Assembly: GCA_963749075.1 (NCBI GenBank)
Contig: CAVVLJ010000020.1
Location: forward strand, 192,001-256,000
Source of the DNA: an uncultured Pseudomonadota bacterium
Lineage (GTDB): Bacteria > Pseudomonadota > Alphaproteobacteria > JACZXZ01
Length of the DNA stretch: 64,000 bases
Direction of reading: 5' to 3'
The notes under the pieces were generated by a model that was given only the letters and a program-made list of their open reading frames with translations, was not told where the DNA came from and made no database searches. The position numbers and the translations under genes were made by a program. This document shows positions 9,984-20,573 of the stretch, one piece after another (the stretch's first letter is position 1; every line of letters starts with the position of its first letter).

Positions 9984-10970
9984 ATGATCAGCTTCTGCCT
10001 CTTCGGCGCCGGGCGCATCGGCGCCATCCACGCGGAGAACATCCGGCACCACCGGGAGGCACGGCTCCATACGGTGGTCGACGTGAATGGCGCCGCGGCC
10101 GCAGCACTTGCGGACCGCTACGGCGCCGCTGTCGGCACGCGCGAGGCAGCACTCGCCGACCCGGCGGTCGATGCCGTGCTCATCGCGAGCTCGACCGACA
10201 CGCACGCCGAGCTCGTCGAGGCGGCCTCTCGGGCGGGGAAGGCGATCTTCTGCGAGAAGCCGCTCGACCTCGACCGTGGCCGCGCCGCCGCTGCGGCCGC
10301 GGCCGCGGAACGCGCGGGCGTGCCCCTCATGCTCGGCTTCAACCGGCGCTTCGATCCCACCTTCGCGCGGCTCGAGCGCCAGCTCCGCTGTGGCCGCATC
10401 GGCCGGCTCGAGCTCCTCGCCATCACCAGCCGCGATCCCGCACCGCCGCCCATCGACTATGTGCGCGTCTCGGGCGGCCTCTTCCGCGACATGATGATCC
10501 ACGATTTCGACATGGCGCGCTGGCTCCTGGGCGAGGAGCCGGTCGAGGTCTTCGCCGCGGCGAGCGCCCTCATCGACCCGGCGATCGCCGCGGCGGGCGA
10601 CGTGGACACGGCACTCGTGACGCTCAGGACCGCCTCGGGCACGCTCTGCCAGATCTCCAACAGCCGGCGCGCCTCTTACGGCTACGACCAGCGCATCGAG
10701 GCGCACGGCGCCAAGGGGGCGCTCGCCGCAGGCAACGTGGCCGAGGGCACGCTCGCCTTCGCGAGCGCCGACGGCATCGTCGGCGACAAGCCGCTCCACT
10801 TCTTCCTCGAGCGCTATGCCGAGGCCTACCGCCGCGAGCTCGCTCACTTCGTGGCCGCCCTCGCGAGCGGCACCAGGCCGATGGTGGGCGGCTCGGACGG
10901 CGTGAAGGCGCTGGCGCTTGCCGAGGCGGCGCTCGCCTCGCTCGCGAGCGGACGCGCCGAGCGGCCGTGA
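9984..10970 (+). CDS. iolG: Inositol 2-dehydrogenase
   Basis: GAGRIG, FCEKP, GFNRRFDP, DMMIHDFD, YGYDQRIE; iol context. Confidence 0.92.
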   Translation: MISFCLFGAGRIGAIHAENIRHHREARLHTVVDVNGAAAAALADRYGAAVGTREAALADPAVDAVLIASSTDTHAELVEAASRAGKAIFCEKPLDLDRGRAAAAAAAAERAGVPLMLGFNRRFDPTFARLERQLRCGRIGRLELLAITSRDPAPPPIDYVRVSGGLFRDMMIHDFDMARWLLGEEPVEVFAAASALIDPAIAAAGDVDTALVTLRTASGTLCQISNSRRASYGYDQRIEAHGAKGALAAGNVAEGTLAFASADGIVGDKPLHFFLERYAEAYRRELAHFVAALASGTRPMVGGSDGVKALALAEAALASLASGRAERP

Positions 10971-11777
10971 TCAGCCGCCCACCTTGGCGAGCACGTCGGC
11001 CTTGAGGAAGCGCTCGATGAAGAGCATGAAGCCGACCGAGGGCACGAGAAGGATCAGCGCGGTGATCGCGGCGATCTGGTAGTTGCCGGCCATGCTCGCG
11101 ATGAACATCATGATCGGCAGCGTGATGACGTCGGGCACGCCCACGAAATAGGTGCCGGTGAACTCGTCGAGGGATTCGAGGAAGACGAAGATGGCGCTCG
11201 CCATGATGCCGGGAGCGGCAAGCGGCAGCGTCACGGTGAGAAAGGCGCGCAAGGCGGACGCCCCAATGTTGCGCGCCGCGAGCTCGAGCTCGCCGTCGAC
11301 CGCCGCGAAGGCCGCGGCCGCGATCCATACCGCGAAGACGAGCCCGTGCACCGTGTGCACGAGCACCACGCCCGGGATCGTCCCGTTGAGCCCGACGAGA
11401 TAGAAGAGCCGGGCGATGTTGATGTAGACGGCCAGGCTCGGGAAGGCCTGGGGCAGGAGGAAGGCGAGGAGGATGGGGCCGCGCCAGGGCAGCCGCCCGC
11501 GCGCGAGCGCATAGCCCGCCGGCACGGCGAGTGCGAGGCAGGCGGCGACCGTGAAGAGGGCGATGAGCACGCTGGTGGCGAGCGAGGAGAAGGCGTCGCT
11601 CGTCGGCTTGAACACGTCGCCCCAATATTTGAAGCCGTAGGTGAGCGGCAGCTTGTAGGGATAGTACCAGCGGATCGCCACCGCCCAGAAGGCGAGGTTG
11701 ACGAGCGGGCCGAAGATGGCGAAGGCGGCGATGCCGAGCGCGGTGCCGCGCAGGAGCCAGCCGAGTGCCGCTCTCAC
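10971..11777 (-). CDS. ABC permease (PotC-like)
   Basis: EAA loop (ELAARNIGA), ESLDEF; GTG overlapping the upstream TGA. Confidence 0.88.
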   Translation of the reverse strand: MRAALGWLLRGTALGIAAFAIFGPLVNLAFWAVAIRWYYPYKLPLTYGFKYWGDVFKPTSDAFSSLATSVLIALFTVAACLALAVPAGYALARGRLPWRGPILLAFLLPQAFPSLAVYINIARLFYLVGLNGTIPGVVLVHTVHGLVFAVWIAAAAFAAVDGELELAARNIGASALRAFLTVTLPLAAPGIMASAIFVFLESLDEFTGTYFVGVPDVITLPIMMFIASMAGNYQIAAITALILLVPSVGFMLFIERFLKADVLAKVGG

Positions 11778-12607
11778 AGCCGCCCTCCGCTCGCGATGCC
11801 GCGCTTGAGATAGACCCAGGCGGCGAGCCCGGTCATGGCGTAGGAGATGAAGCCGAGCGCGTTGGCGACGCCGTAGTCGCCGTAGGAATTGATGCGGAAC
11901 GCCATGTCGACGGTGATCATGGTCGGCGCTCCGCCGCTCACCATGACCGGCACCGAGAGCACGGAGAGCATGGTGACGAAGGAGAGGATGAGGCCGACCA
12001 GGATGGCGCCCGAGACTTGCGGCAGCACGATCTCGACGAGTATGCGCAGTCGCCCGGCGCCCAGGTTGCGCGCCGCCTCGATGGTGGCGCGGTCGAGCGA
12101 CGCCATGGCGCCCGCCGCGAGGAGCGCCACGAAGGGCGTCTGCTTCCACACGAAGGTGACGATGATGCCGCGCCAGTCGAGGAGGCCCGAGAGGCTCGCC
12201 AGGTCGAAGAGGCCGAGGCTGTCGAGCGTGTTGTTCAGCATGCCGTTCTTGGCGAGGAAGGTGCGCATGCATTGCGCCGCGACGATGAAGGGGATGAAGA
12301 GCGGCCAGCGGTAGAGCCAGCGCAGGAAGGCGACCGCCCGCGGATGCTCGCCGAGCGTGATGTAGCCGCCGATCGCCGCCGCGAGGACGCCGATCAGGAG
12401 GGTGGAGGCGGCGACGATGACCAGGGTGAAGACGACGTCGTCGCCGTAGAGCTCGAAGGTCTTGGCGAAGTTGTCGAGCGTGGCATGGCCGTCCTTGGCG
12501 CTGAAGGCGGAGACCAGGGAGACGGCGAGCGGATAGACGAAGAGCGCCAGCACCACGGCGAGCGCCGGCACCACGAGCGGCAGCATGGCGAGCCGCGTGT
12601 TGCGCAA
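11774..12607 (-). CDS. ABC permease (PotB-like)
   Basis: EAARNLGA loop, multiple TM segments. Confidence 0.88.
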   Translation of the reverse strand: MRNTRLAMLPLVVPALAVVLALFVYPLAVSLVSAFSAKDGHATLDNFAKTFELYGDDVVFTLVIVAASTLLIGVLAAAIGGYITLGEHPRAVAFLRWLYRWPLFIPFIVAAQCMRTFLAKNGMLNNTLDSLGLFDLASLSGLLDWRGIIVTFVWKQTPFVALLAAGAMASLDRATIEAARNLGAGRLRILVEIVLPQVSGAILVGLILSFVTMLSVLSVPVMVSGGAPTMITVDMAFRINSYGDYGVANALGFISYAMTGLAAWVYLKRGIASGGRL

Positions 12608-12645
12608 GGCGATGCCCTAGTGCTCGCCGTCATTACAGCGAGCGT

Positions 12646-12765
12646 CACCCCCTCCCCCTCGATCCGCCTTGCGGCTCGAGCCCCCTTCAAGGGGGAGGGG
12701 GAGGTTTGTTATCATGCCATGCACTTCCCCTCCCCCCTTGAGGCGGAGGGCTGGGGAGGGGGGTG
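12646..12765. repeat. REP-like element, family A
   Basis: Same arms as 4586-4687, with a short internal insertion. Confidence 0.82.
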
Positions 12766-12803
12766 GGCTGCGCATAGGCGACTCCCGGTGCTGGCCGCGT
12801 CCG

Positions 12804-13946
12804 CTATTGCACCTCGCGCTCGTAGCCCTCGAGGATGTCGTCGAAGTATTGCGCGATGGGGAAGGGCTTGCCGAACTCCGCGAGATCCTTGGGCGTCACG
12901 TCGACGAAGAGCTTGTCCCACGTCGCCTCGTCGAGCTGCGCCTTGACGGCGTTGGGATCGATCCCCGGATACCAGTTGAAGCGCTTGACGATGCCGTCCG
13001 CCTGCACCTTGGGGCTGGTCGCGAGTGCGATGAACTCCTCCGCCACCTTGGCGTTCGCCGCCTTGGCCGGCACCGCGTAATACATCGGCTGGCCGGGCAT
13101 GCCGGGGGCGATCAGCTTGAGCTTGACCGTGGGCGGCAGCTTGCCCTCGGCCTGCCAGGTGTAGAACATGTCGACCCACACCGGGCCCATGGCGATCTCG
13201 CCGCGGTTGAGCATGTCGAGGGTGCCGGCATTGCCCGGCGTCATGACGACGTTCTTGTCGAAGGCCTTGAGCTCGGCGAAGGCTGCGTCCCAGCTCTTCT
13301 TGACGCTGGCGTCATAGGGCCCCTTCATCAGCCGCTCCGGATCGGGCGCCTTGGCGTAGATCCAGCCGCAGACGAAGCTCACGCCCGACATGCCGCCCTT
13401 GATGCCGTTGTAGCCGAACTTGCCCGGGTTCGCCGCGACCCATTTCTCGAGCGCGTCATAGCTCGCGGGCGGCGTCTTCACCATCGTCGTGTTGTAGGCG
13501 ATGGCGGTCTGGCTGTTGAACATCGGAATGACGTAGCCGCCCACGTCGGTGCCGAGCGAGTTCTTCGCCGCCGCCGAGGTGACGAGCTTGCCGGTCGGCA
13601 CGTCCTTGACGTAGTCGGCGAGCAGGCCCTCCTTGACCATCTGGCCCGCCGCCTTCTGGTGGATCACCGCCACGTCGATGTCCCACGCGCTGTTGCCCTT
13701 CTCGGCCACCAGCTTCTCGTAGATTTTCTGCGAGCCCGCGTCGCCGGGACCCGTGCCGACGGCGCGCACGGTGACGCCGGGATGGTCCTTCTCGAAGAGC
13801 GGTCCCAGATAGTCCTTCACGTAATCGACCATGTTCTGGTCGCCGGCGGTGATGACGTTGAGCGTCACCTTCTGCTGCGCTGTGGCCGGCAGTGCTGCGA
13901 ACGCGAGGGCGGTCGCGGCGGCGACGAGGTGCGGGATCCGTCTCAT
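12804..13946 (-). CDS. ABC substrate-binding protein (PotD/AfuA-like class)
   Basis: Signal peptide ending ATA-QQ, IAYN motif; in operon with permeases and ATPase. Confidence 0.88.
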   Translation of the reverse strand: MRRIPHLVAAATALAFAALPATAQQKVTLNVITAGDQNMVDYVKDYLGPLFEKDHPGVTVRAVGTGPGDAGSQKIYEKLVAEKGNSAWDIDVAVIHQKAAGQMVKEGLLADYVKDVPTGKLVTSAAAKNSLGTDVGGYVIPMFNSQTAIAYNTTMVKTPPASYDALEKWVAANPGKFGYNGIKGGMSGVSFVCGWIYAKAPDPERLMKGPYDASVKKSWDAAFAELKAFDKNVVMTPGNAGTLDMLNRGEIAMGPVWVDMFYTWQAEGKLPPTVKLKLIAPGMPGQPMYYAVPAKAANAKVAEEFIALATSPKVQADGIVKRFNWYPGIDPNAVKAQLDEATWDKLFVDVTPKDLAEFGKPFPIAQYFDDILEGYEREVQ

Positions 13947-13966
13947 GTGTGCCTCCCTGGTTGCGC

Positions 13967-15100
13967 TTAGGCCTTCTGGTGCGCGGTGCTAGCGGCGGGC
14001 GCGTCGCGATAGAGGTGGAGTGCGGCCGGCGGCAGCGCCACGCCGACCGCCTCGCCGATGGCGAGCCGGCGCTCGTCGTCCACGAGGTACTGGTCGTCGC
14101 CCACGCGCACCGCGTAGCGATAGAAGCCGCCCGGATATGAGGCCTGAACAATTCGCCCGCGCAGCACGAGGCGGCCGTCGGCCGGCCGCTCGGGCGGGGC
14201 CAGGCGCGCCTCCTCGGTGCGGAAATGGGCGACCACGGGCGTCTCGCCCGCGAGCGGCCCGAGCGTGCCGCCGTCGCGCTCTCCGCCCGCTATCTCGAGC
14301 GCCTCGTTGTGCGGGCCGGCGGCGATCGTGAGCCGGCCGGGCCCGCCCCGCACCTTGAGCAGCACCACGTTGGTGGCGCCCATGAAGCTCGCGACGAAGG
14401 GCGAGCGCGGGCGGTTGTAGATCTCCTCGGGTGCCCCCACTTGCGCCAGGCGGCCGGCATCGAGGATGGCGATGCGGTCGGCCATCACCATGGCCTCCTC
14501 GCGGTCGTGGGTGACGTGCACCGCGGTGATGCCGAGCTTCTGCTGCAGCGTCTTGATCTCGTGGCGCACCTCCTCGCGCACGCGCGCGTCGAGGTTGGAG
14601 AGCGGCTCGTCGAGGAGGAGGATCTGCGGGTTGACGGCGAGCGCGCGGCCGAGCGCCACGCGCTGGCGCTGGCCGCCGGAGATCTCGGTGACGCGCCGCT
14701 CGCCCAGGCTCTCGAGGCGCAGCATGGCGAGGACCTGGCTCACGCGGCGGGCGATCTCGGCGCGGCTCGCCCCGCGCAGCTTGAGTCCGTAGCCGATATT
14801 CTGGGCCACCCGCATGTGCGGCCAAAGGGCGTAGGATTGGAACACCATGGCCATGTTACGCTTGTCGGGTGGCAGTTTTGTGATGTCGCGTCCGCCGGCC
14901 AGGATGGCCCCGCTCGTCAAGGGCACGAAGCCGCAAATGGCGCGCAGGAGCGTCGTCTTGCCGCAGCCCGAGGAGCCGAGAAGGGCGATGAACTCGCCGC
15001 CCTCCACGCCGAGCGACAAGGCGTCGAGGACCTTGAGGGCGCCGTAGCGCACCTCGACCTCGCGCACCTCGAGCGACGTGGCGGATGGCACCATCGGCAT
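13967..15100 (-). CDS. ABC ATP-binding protein (PotA-like, C-terminal TOBE)
   Basis: GSSGCGKT, FQSYALWPH, ISGGQRQR, LLLDEPLSNLD. Confidence 0.93.
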   Translation of the reverse strand: MPMVPSATSLEVREVEVRYGALKVLDALSLGVEGGEFIALLGSSGCGKTTLLRAICGFVPLTSGAILAGGRDITKLPPDKRNMAMVFQSYALWPHMRVAQNIGYGLKLRGASRAEIARRVSQVLAMLRLESLGERRVTEISGGQRQRVALGRALAVNPQILLLDEPLSNLDARVREEVRHEIKTLQQKLGITAVHVTHDREEAMVMADRIAILDAGRLAQVGAPEEIYNRPRSPFVASFMGATNVVLLKVRGGPGRLTIAAGPHNEALEIAGGERDGGTLGPLAGETPVVAHFRTEEARLAPPERPADGRLVLRGRIVQASYPGGFYRYAVRVGDDQYLVDDERRLAIGEAVGVALPPAALHLYRDAPAASTAHQKA

Positions 15101-15313
15101 TCCTCCCGGCGCCCCCCCTCGCGGGCCGCGGGCTTGGCTTGAGCGGATGCCGCCGCTGCCTGGCGCGCAGCCCCCCGCCGGTCTCGGTGGCCGTACGATA
15201 GCAGGCCCCCGAGTGCCGCGGCAACCTGGCACCCGAGCCCTTGCGCCCATTTCCTTTGCCGCGCGGGCGGGCTAGGCTCGCGGCCCCGTTGCAGCGCTTG
15301 GGAGCGCCGTGCC

Positions 15314-16216
15314 ATGGCCATGCGCCTGGGCATCAATCCGATCGGCTGGAGCAACGACGACATGCCGGAGCTCGGCGGGGACACGCCGCTCGAGAGCTGT
15401 CTCGCCGAGGCGAAAGCCGCGGGCTATGCCGGCGTCGAGCTCGGCAACAAGTTTCCCCGCGAGGCGACGGCCTTGCGCGCGGTGCTGGCGCGCCACGGCT
15501 TGGCCCTGATCTCCGGCTGGTACGGCGCGCGGCTTCTCGAGCGCTCGGCCGAGGAGGAGATCGCGGCGCTCGAGGCGCACCTGGCACTGCTCGCGGCATT
15601 GGGTGCCAAGGTCATGGTCTTCGCCGAGACGAGCGGCAGCATCGCAGGCGCCCGTGGGCAGGCGCTTTCCCGCCGGCCGCGGCTCGCCGCGCGCGAGTGG
15701 GACGGTTTCGCCCGGAAGCTCACGGAGATCGCCGATCATCTTGCGCGGCGCGGCGTGCGCATGGCCTATCATCACCACATGGGAACGGTGGTGGAGAACA
15801 GCGACGAGATCGACCGGCTGATGGCCGCGACGGGCGACAGCGTCGGGCTCCTCCTCGACACCGGGCACCTCGCCTACGCGGGCGGCGATGTGCTCGCGGT
15901 CCTGCGGCGCCACGCGGCACGCATCAACCACGTTCATTGCAAGGACGTGCGCAAAGACGTGCTCGCGGCGGTCAGGGCCACGGACGCGAGCTTCCTCGAC
16001 GCCGTGCTGGCGGGCGTCTTCACGGTGCCGGGCGACGGCGCCATCGATTTCGCGTCCCTCCTCGCGGCACTCGGGGAGGCCTCCTACGGCGGCTGGCTGG
16101 TGGTCGAGGCCGAGCAGGACCCGGCCAAGGCCGAGCCGCTCCGCTATGCCAGGATGGGCTTCGCGCACTTGAGCGCCGCAATCGCGCGAACCGGGCTCGG
16201 GGAGGGGGCGCCATGA
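15314..16216 (+). CDS. iolE: myo-Inosose-2 dehydratase
   Basis: PIGWSNDD, YHHHMGT, DTGH, HVHCKD, VVEAEQDP. Confidence 0.95.
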   Translation: MAMRLGINPIGWSNDDMPELGGDTPLESCLAEAKAAGYAGVELGNKFPREATALRAVLARHGLALISGWYGARLLERSAEEEIAALEAHLALLAALGAKVMVFAETSGSIAGARGQALSRRPRLAAREWDGFARKLTEIADHLARRGVRMAYHHHMGTVVENSDEIDRLMAATGDSVGLLLDTGHLAYAGGDVLAVLRRHAARINHVHCKDVRKDVLAAVRATDASFLDAVLAGVFTVPGDGAIDFASLLAALGEASYGGWLVVEAEQDPAKAEPLRYARMGFAHLSAAIARTGLGEGAP

Positions 16217-17163
16217 TGATCGGCATGATCACCGACAGCCTCGGCGGGCTGCCGCTCGACGCGGTGCTCAGGACCGCCGCCGAGCTCGGCATCGAGCGGC
16301 TCGAGTTCGCCTGCGGCAACTGGTCGGCGGCGCCGCACATAGCTCTCGACGCGCTCCTCGAGAGCGCTCCGGCGAGGTGCAACTTTGCAGGCCGCCTCGC
16401 GGACCACGGCCTCGCGATCAGCGCGCTCAACTGCTCGGGCAATCCGCTCCATCCGGGCGAGCACGGCCGCCGCCACCGGGAGGTCACAGAGAAGACCATC
16501 CGCCTAGCCGGCCTCATGGGGGTCGAGCGCGTGGTCATGATGTCGGGCTGCCCCGGCGGCCCCGGCGACGCCAATGCCAATTGGGCGACGACGAGCTGGC
16601 CGCCCGAGATGCAGACGATCCTGCGCTACCAGTGGGAGGAGGTGCTCATTCCCTACTGGCGCGGGCTCGCCGCCCAGGCCCGCGGCCTCGGCGTCGGCAA
16701 GCTCTGCCTCGAGCTCCACGGCCACCAGAACGTCTACAACGTCGCCACCTTCTTCCGCCTGCGCGAGGCGGTGGGCGACACGGTGGGCGTCAATTTCGAC
16801 CCCAGCCATCTCATGTGGATGGGCGCCGATCCGCTCGCGGCGGTCGCCGCCCTCGGCCCCGCCATCTATCACGTCCACGCCAAGGACACGCGCATCGAGC
16901 CTGCCGCCGCAGTGAACGGCCGCCTCGAGACCGGGCCCTCTGAGGATGCCGCCCGGCGCGCCTGGAATTACGTCACCCTCGGCCACGGCCACGACGAGGC
17001 GTGGTGGTGCCGCTTCTGCGCCGCACTCGCGGCCGTGGGCTACGACGACGTGCTCTCGATCGAGCACGAGGACGTGGCACTGCCGCCGCTCGAGGGCGTC
17101 GCCCGCTCGGTCGCGCTCTTGAGCCGTGCCATCGCGACGCTCACGGCGGCGCCGCGAGCTTGA
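16213..17163 (+). CDS. Sugar phosphate isomerase/epimerase (AP_endonuc_2 TIM barrel)
   Basis: LNCSGNPLHP, CLELH, NFDPSH, HVHAKD, SIEHED. Confidence 0.88.
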   Translation: MMIGMITDSLGGLPLDAVLRTAAELGIERLEFACGNWSAAPHIALDALLESAPARCNFAGRLADHGLAISALNCSGNPLHPGEHGRRHREVTEKTIRLAGLMGVERVVMMSGCPGGPGDANANWATTSWPPEMQTILRYQWEEVLIPYWRGLAAQARGLGVGKLCLELHGHQNVYNVATFFRLREAVGDTVGVNFDPSHLMWMGADPLAAVAALGPAIYHVHAKDTRIEPAAAVNGRLETGPSEDAARRAWNYVTLGHGHDEAWWCRFCAALAAVGYDDVLSIEHEDVALPPLEGVARSVALLSRAIATLTAAPRA

Positions 17164-17296
17164 AGCTGCCCGACGCCGCCACCTCGCCCCTGCCATTGAC
17201 TCGCCGCGATTTGCCGGCTCAATCTCTCCACACTCACAATAACAAAAGGCGGCTCGGAGGTGCCCCGCACGCGGGCCCGCTGCGAGGGAGGATGGC

Positions 17297-18676
17297 ATGA
17301 ACAGGCGCTGCTGCCGCGTGCTCTTCGCCGCCTGCGGCCTTGTGGCACTGGCCGGCCTCTTGGCACCGCCGCCCGCCGCAGCCGCGGGGCGGACCGTGGT
17401 CGTCTGGTGGAACCAGGGCTTCTATCCGGCCGAGGACCAGGCGCTCAGGGACGCCGTCGCGGCCTGGGAGAAGGCGAGCGGCGGCAAGATGGAGCTCACC
17501 TTCTACAACGGCGCCGACCTGCCGACGAAGATCATCTCCGCGATCACCGCGGGTGCGGTGCCAGATCTCTGCTACGCCGACAACAACGACTTCCTCCTCC
17601 TGCCGCAGAACGCGTGGAACGACAAGGCCGTCGACGTGAGCGACGTGGTGGAGACGGAGAAGGCGCTCTACAACGAGACGGCGCTGACGGCCGCACGCCT
17701 CTACGACAACGTCACCAAGAAGCGCAGCTTCTTCGGCGTGCCGCTCAAGCAGCAGGCGCTCCATTATTTCGTCTGGCGGCCGATGATCGAGGCGGCCGGC
17801 TACGAGCTCGACGACATCCCCAAGACCTGGGAGGCCTATTTCGACTTCTTCGAGACGGTGCAGAAGAAGCTGCGGGAGAAGGGCCAGCGCGTCTACGGCC
17901 TCGGCTACTCGCTCGCCACCAAGGACTCGGACAGCACCTATCTCTTCAACCAGTTCCTCGTCGCCTACGGCGGCGCCGGCATCGTGACCCCGGACGGCAA
18001 GCTGCACATCGACGACCCCAAGGTGCGCGAGGCCGCGATCAAGGCGCTCGCCAAGCTGACGGCGCCCTATAAGGCCGGCATGGTGCCCCCGGGAGCCATC
18101 AACTGGGGCGACCCCGACAACAACAACGCGTTCTACGCCAAACAGATCGTCATGACGCCCAATGCGACGCTCTCCATCCCGGTGGCGCAGATGGAGAAGA
18201 CCGGGCAGTACATGCACGAGATCCTGACCCAGGCGCAGCCCACCGGGCCGGACGGCAAGCCGGTCGTGAGCCTCGTCTCGGTCAAGCTCGCCTTCATCCC
18301 CAAGGGTGCCCATAACGTCGAGGCGGCGAAGGATTTCCTCAAATTCTTCATCCGGCCGAAGACCATCGACGCCTACCTCACGGCGGCCCGCGGGCGCTGG
18401 CTCCCCGTCATGCCCTCGCTCGTGCGCGACGATCCCTACTGGAGCGATCCCAAGGACCCGCACCGGCCGGTGGCGACCCGAGAGGTGCTCGACGGGCCGA
18501 CCATGCCGTGGTTCCAGTCCTTCAATCCCGCCTACTCGGAGGTGAACGCGGCACAGGTCTGGGGCACCGCCGAGGCCAAGGTGATGACCGGCGGCATGGC
18601 ACCGGAGAAGGCGGCGGGCGAGGCCTTCCGGCAGATCGGCGCGATCTTCGCCAAATACCCGGTTCCCGCGCAGTAG
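17297..18676 (+). CDS. Carbohydrate ABC substrate-binding protein
   Basis: Signal peptide, SBP_bac_1-like length, upstream of sugar permeases. Confidence 0.85.
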   Translation: MNRRCCRVLFAACGLVALAGLLAPPPAAAAGRTVVVWWNQGFYPAEDQALRDAVAAWEKASGGKMELTFYNGADLPTKIISAITAGAVPDLCYADNNDFLLLPQNAWNDKAVDVSDVVETEKALYNETALTAARLYDNVTKKRSFFGVPLKQQALHYFVWRPMIEAAGYELDDIPKTWEAYFDFFETVQKKLREKGQRVYGLGYSLATKDSDSTYLFNQFLVAYGGAGIVTPDGKLHIDDPKVREAAIKALAKLTAPYKAGMVPPGAINWGDPDNNNAFYAKQIVMTPNATLSIPVAQMEKTGQYMHEILTQAQPTGPDGKPVVSLVSVKLAFIPKGAHNVEAAKDFLKFFIRPKTIDAYLTAARGRWLPVMPSLVRDDPYWSDPKDPHRPVATREVLDGPTMPWFQSFNPAYSEVNAAQVWGTAEAKVMTGGMAPEKAAGEAFRQIGAIFAKYPVPAQ

Positions 18677-18799
18677 GGACGCTAGGCCGGGCGCGCGCTC
18701 GACCCGCGGCGGCGCTATCTTTTCCCCCGAAGCGGCCGGGGGAATATATCATGCGGCGTGAGTGTCCCTTGACCCAGGCGGGCGAGGGCGCGGGCAGCG

Positions 18800-19702
18800 G
18801 TGGAACGCTTGAGCTCGCTTGACGAAACCGGCCAACTCCTCGGCCGCGGCGCGCGCCGCTACAGCCTCGAGCGCAGCGAGCTCCTGTGGGCGGCGGCCTT
18901 CCTCGTGCCCTACGCCGGCGTCTTCCTCGCCTTCGTGGTCTTCCCGGTGGGCTACGGGCTGTGGCTCGGCAGCGACCCGGCGAGCTACGGAGCGCTTTTC
19001 GGCGATCCCATCTATGCCCGCACGGTCGTCAATACGCTCATCTATCTCGGCGTCGGGGTGAACGCGAAGCTCTTCTTGGCCCTCCTCCTCTCGGGTTACT
19101 TCATGCGCCGCGAGCGCTGGGTGAAGTGGCTGCTCCTCGTCTTCATGCTGCCCTGGGCGATGCCGGCGATCCCCACGTTCATCGCCTTCCACTGGATGTT
19201 CAATGCGCAGTGGGGCCTGATCAACAACGCGCTCTATATTTTCTTCGGCATTGACGGACCGCCCTGGCTCGACGTGCCGCAACTCGCCCTGGCCACGGTG
19301 ATCCTCGCCTATATCTGGAAGTGGCTGCCGTTCTGGACGCTCATCTTCCTCGCCGGACGCATGGCGATCCCGCGCGAGCTCTACGAGGCGGCCGAAGTCG
19401 ACGGCGCCACCGTGCTCCATCGCTTCCTCCACGTGACCTTCCCGCTGATGGCCGGGCTCTACACGGTCTGCACGCTGCTCTCCACCATCTGGACGCTCGG
19501 CGACTTCAACACGGTGCATTTCGTCAGCGGCGGCGGGCCGGCGCTGCAGACGCACGTGCTGGCGACGCTCGGCATCCGCGACGCCTTCGAGCTCGGCGAT
19601 CCGCGCGTGGGCATGGCGGCGGTGATCTCGGCGCTGCCGCTTCTCGTGCCGCTGGTGATCTTGCTCATGCGCCGGCTGGCCAAGAGCGAGGTCGAGCTGT
19701 GA
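18800..19702 (+). CDS. Carbohydrate ABC permease (MalF-like)
   Basis: LYEAAEVDGA loop; WKWLPF. Confidence 0.9.
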   Translation: MERLSSLDETGQLLGRGARRYSLERSELLWAAAFLVPYAGVFLAFVVFPVGYGLWLGSDPASYGALFGDPIYARTVVNTLIYLGVGVNAKLFLALLLSGYFMRRERWVKWLLLVFMLPWAMPAIPTFIAFHWMFNAQWGLINNALYIFFGIDGPPWLDVPQLALATVILAYIWKWLPFWTLIFLAGRMAIPRELYEAAEVDGATVLHRFLHVTFPLMAGLYTVCTLLSTIWTLGDFNTVHFVSGGGPALQTHVLATLGIRDAFELGDPRVGMAAVISALPLLVPLVILLMRRLAKSEVEL

Positions 19703-20556
19703 TCGCCGGGCGCCGCCGCCTCGGCCGGCACGCCGGGCGCACGTGGGCGGCGCTCGCCGCACTCGGGCTCCTCGCCTGGACCCTGGTGCCGATCTACAGC
19801 ATGTTCCTCGTCGCCGTGCAGGAGAAGGAGGACGTGTTCGCCACCGCCATCTGGCCGCCCCGCCCGACCTTCGCGAGCTTCATGGCGGTCTTCCAGGAGA
19901 GCTACTGGTATCTCGCGAACTTCTGGGGCCAGATGGGCAACAGCCTCTTCATCGGCCTCATGGTGGCACTCCTGACGCTCGCCGTCGGCAGCATGACGAG
20001 CTTCTCGATCGGGCGGCTCAACGTGCCCATGGGCTGGCTCGTCTCCAATACCGCCCTCCTCACCTACGTCATCCCCATGTCCTTCCTCGCCATTCCCTTC
20101 TACCGCATCATGAAGACCTACGGCCTGACGGACAATCCCTGGGCGGTCATCGCCGCCGAGGTGGCCTTTGCCACGCCCTACGCGATCTTCATCTTCCGCC
20201 AATACGCCCACAGCATCCCGCGCGAGCTCGACGAGGCGGCGCGCATCGACGGCGCCTCGCCCGCGCAGATTTATCTGCGCATCTATCTCCCGCTCATGGC
20301 GCCGGCACTCGTCGCCGTCGGCACCTACGCGCTCCTCCTCGCGTGGAACGAATATCTCTACGCCTTCCTCCTCTTGTCCTCGGACAGCACGATCACCGTG
20401 CCGGTGGCGCTCGGCAAGTTCCTCAACAGCGACGAGGCGCCGTGGAACTATCTGATGGCGGCCTCCATCGTCTTCGCCCTGCCGCCGCTCGCCATCTACT
20501 ACCTCTTCCGCCGCTACATGAGCGAAGGCCTCACCATGGGCGGGGTGAAGGGGTAG
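19699..20556 (+). CDS. Carbohydrate ABC permease (MalG-like)
   Basis: LDEAARIDGA, AWNEY, C-terminal GGVKG. Confidence 0.9.
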   Translation: MIAGRRRLGRHAGRTWAALAALGLLAWTLVPIYSMFLVAVQEKEDVFATAIWPPRPTFASFMAVFQESYWYLANFWGQMGNSLFIGLMVALLTLAVGSMTSFSIGRLNVPMGWLVSNTALLTYVIPMSFLAIPFYRIMKTYGLTDNPWAVIAAEVAFATPYAIFIFRQYAHSIPRELDEAARIDGASPAQIYLRIYLPLMAPALVAVGTYALLLAWNEYLYAFLLLSSDSTITVPVALGKFLNSDEAPWNYLMAASIVFALPPLAIYYLFRRYMSEGLTMGGVKG

Positions 20557-20573
20557 GGTACGACGCGGCCTCC

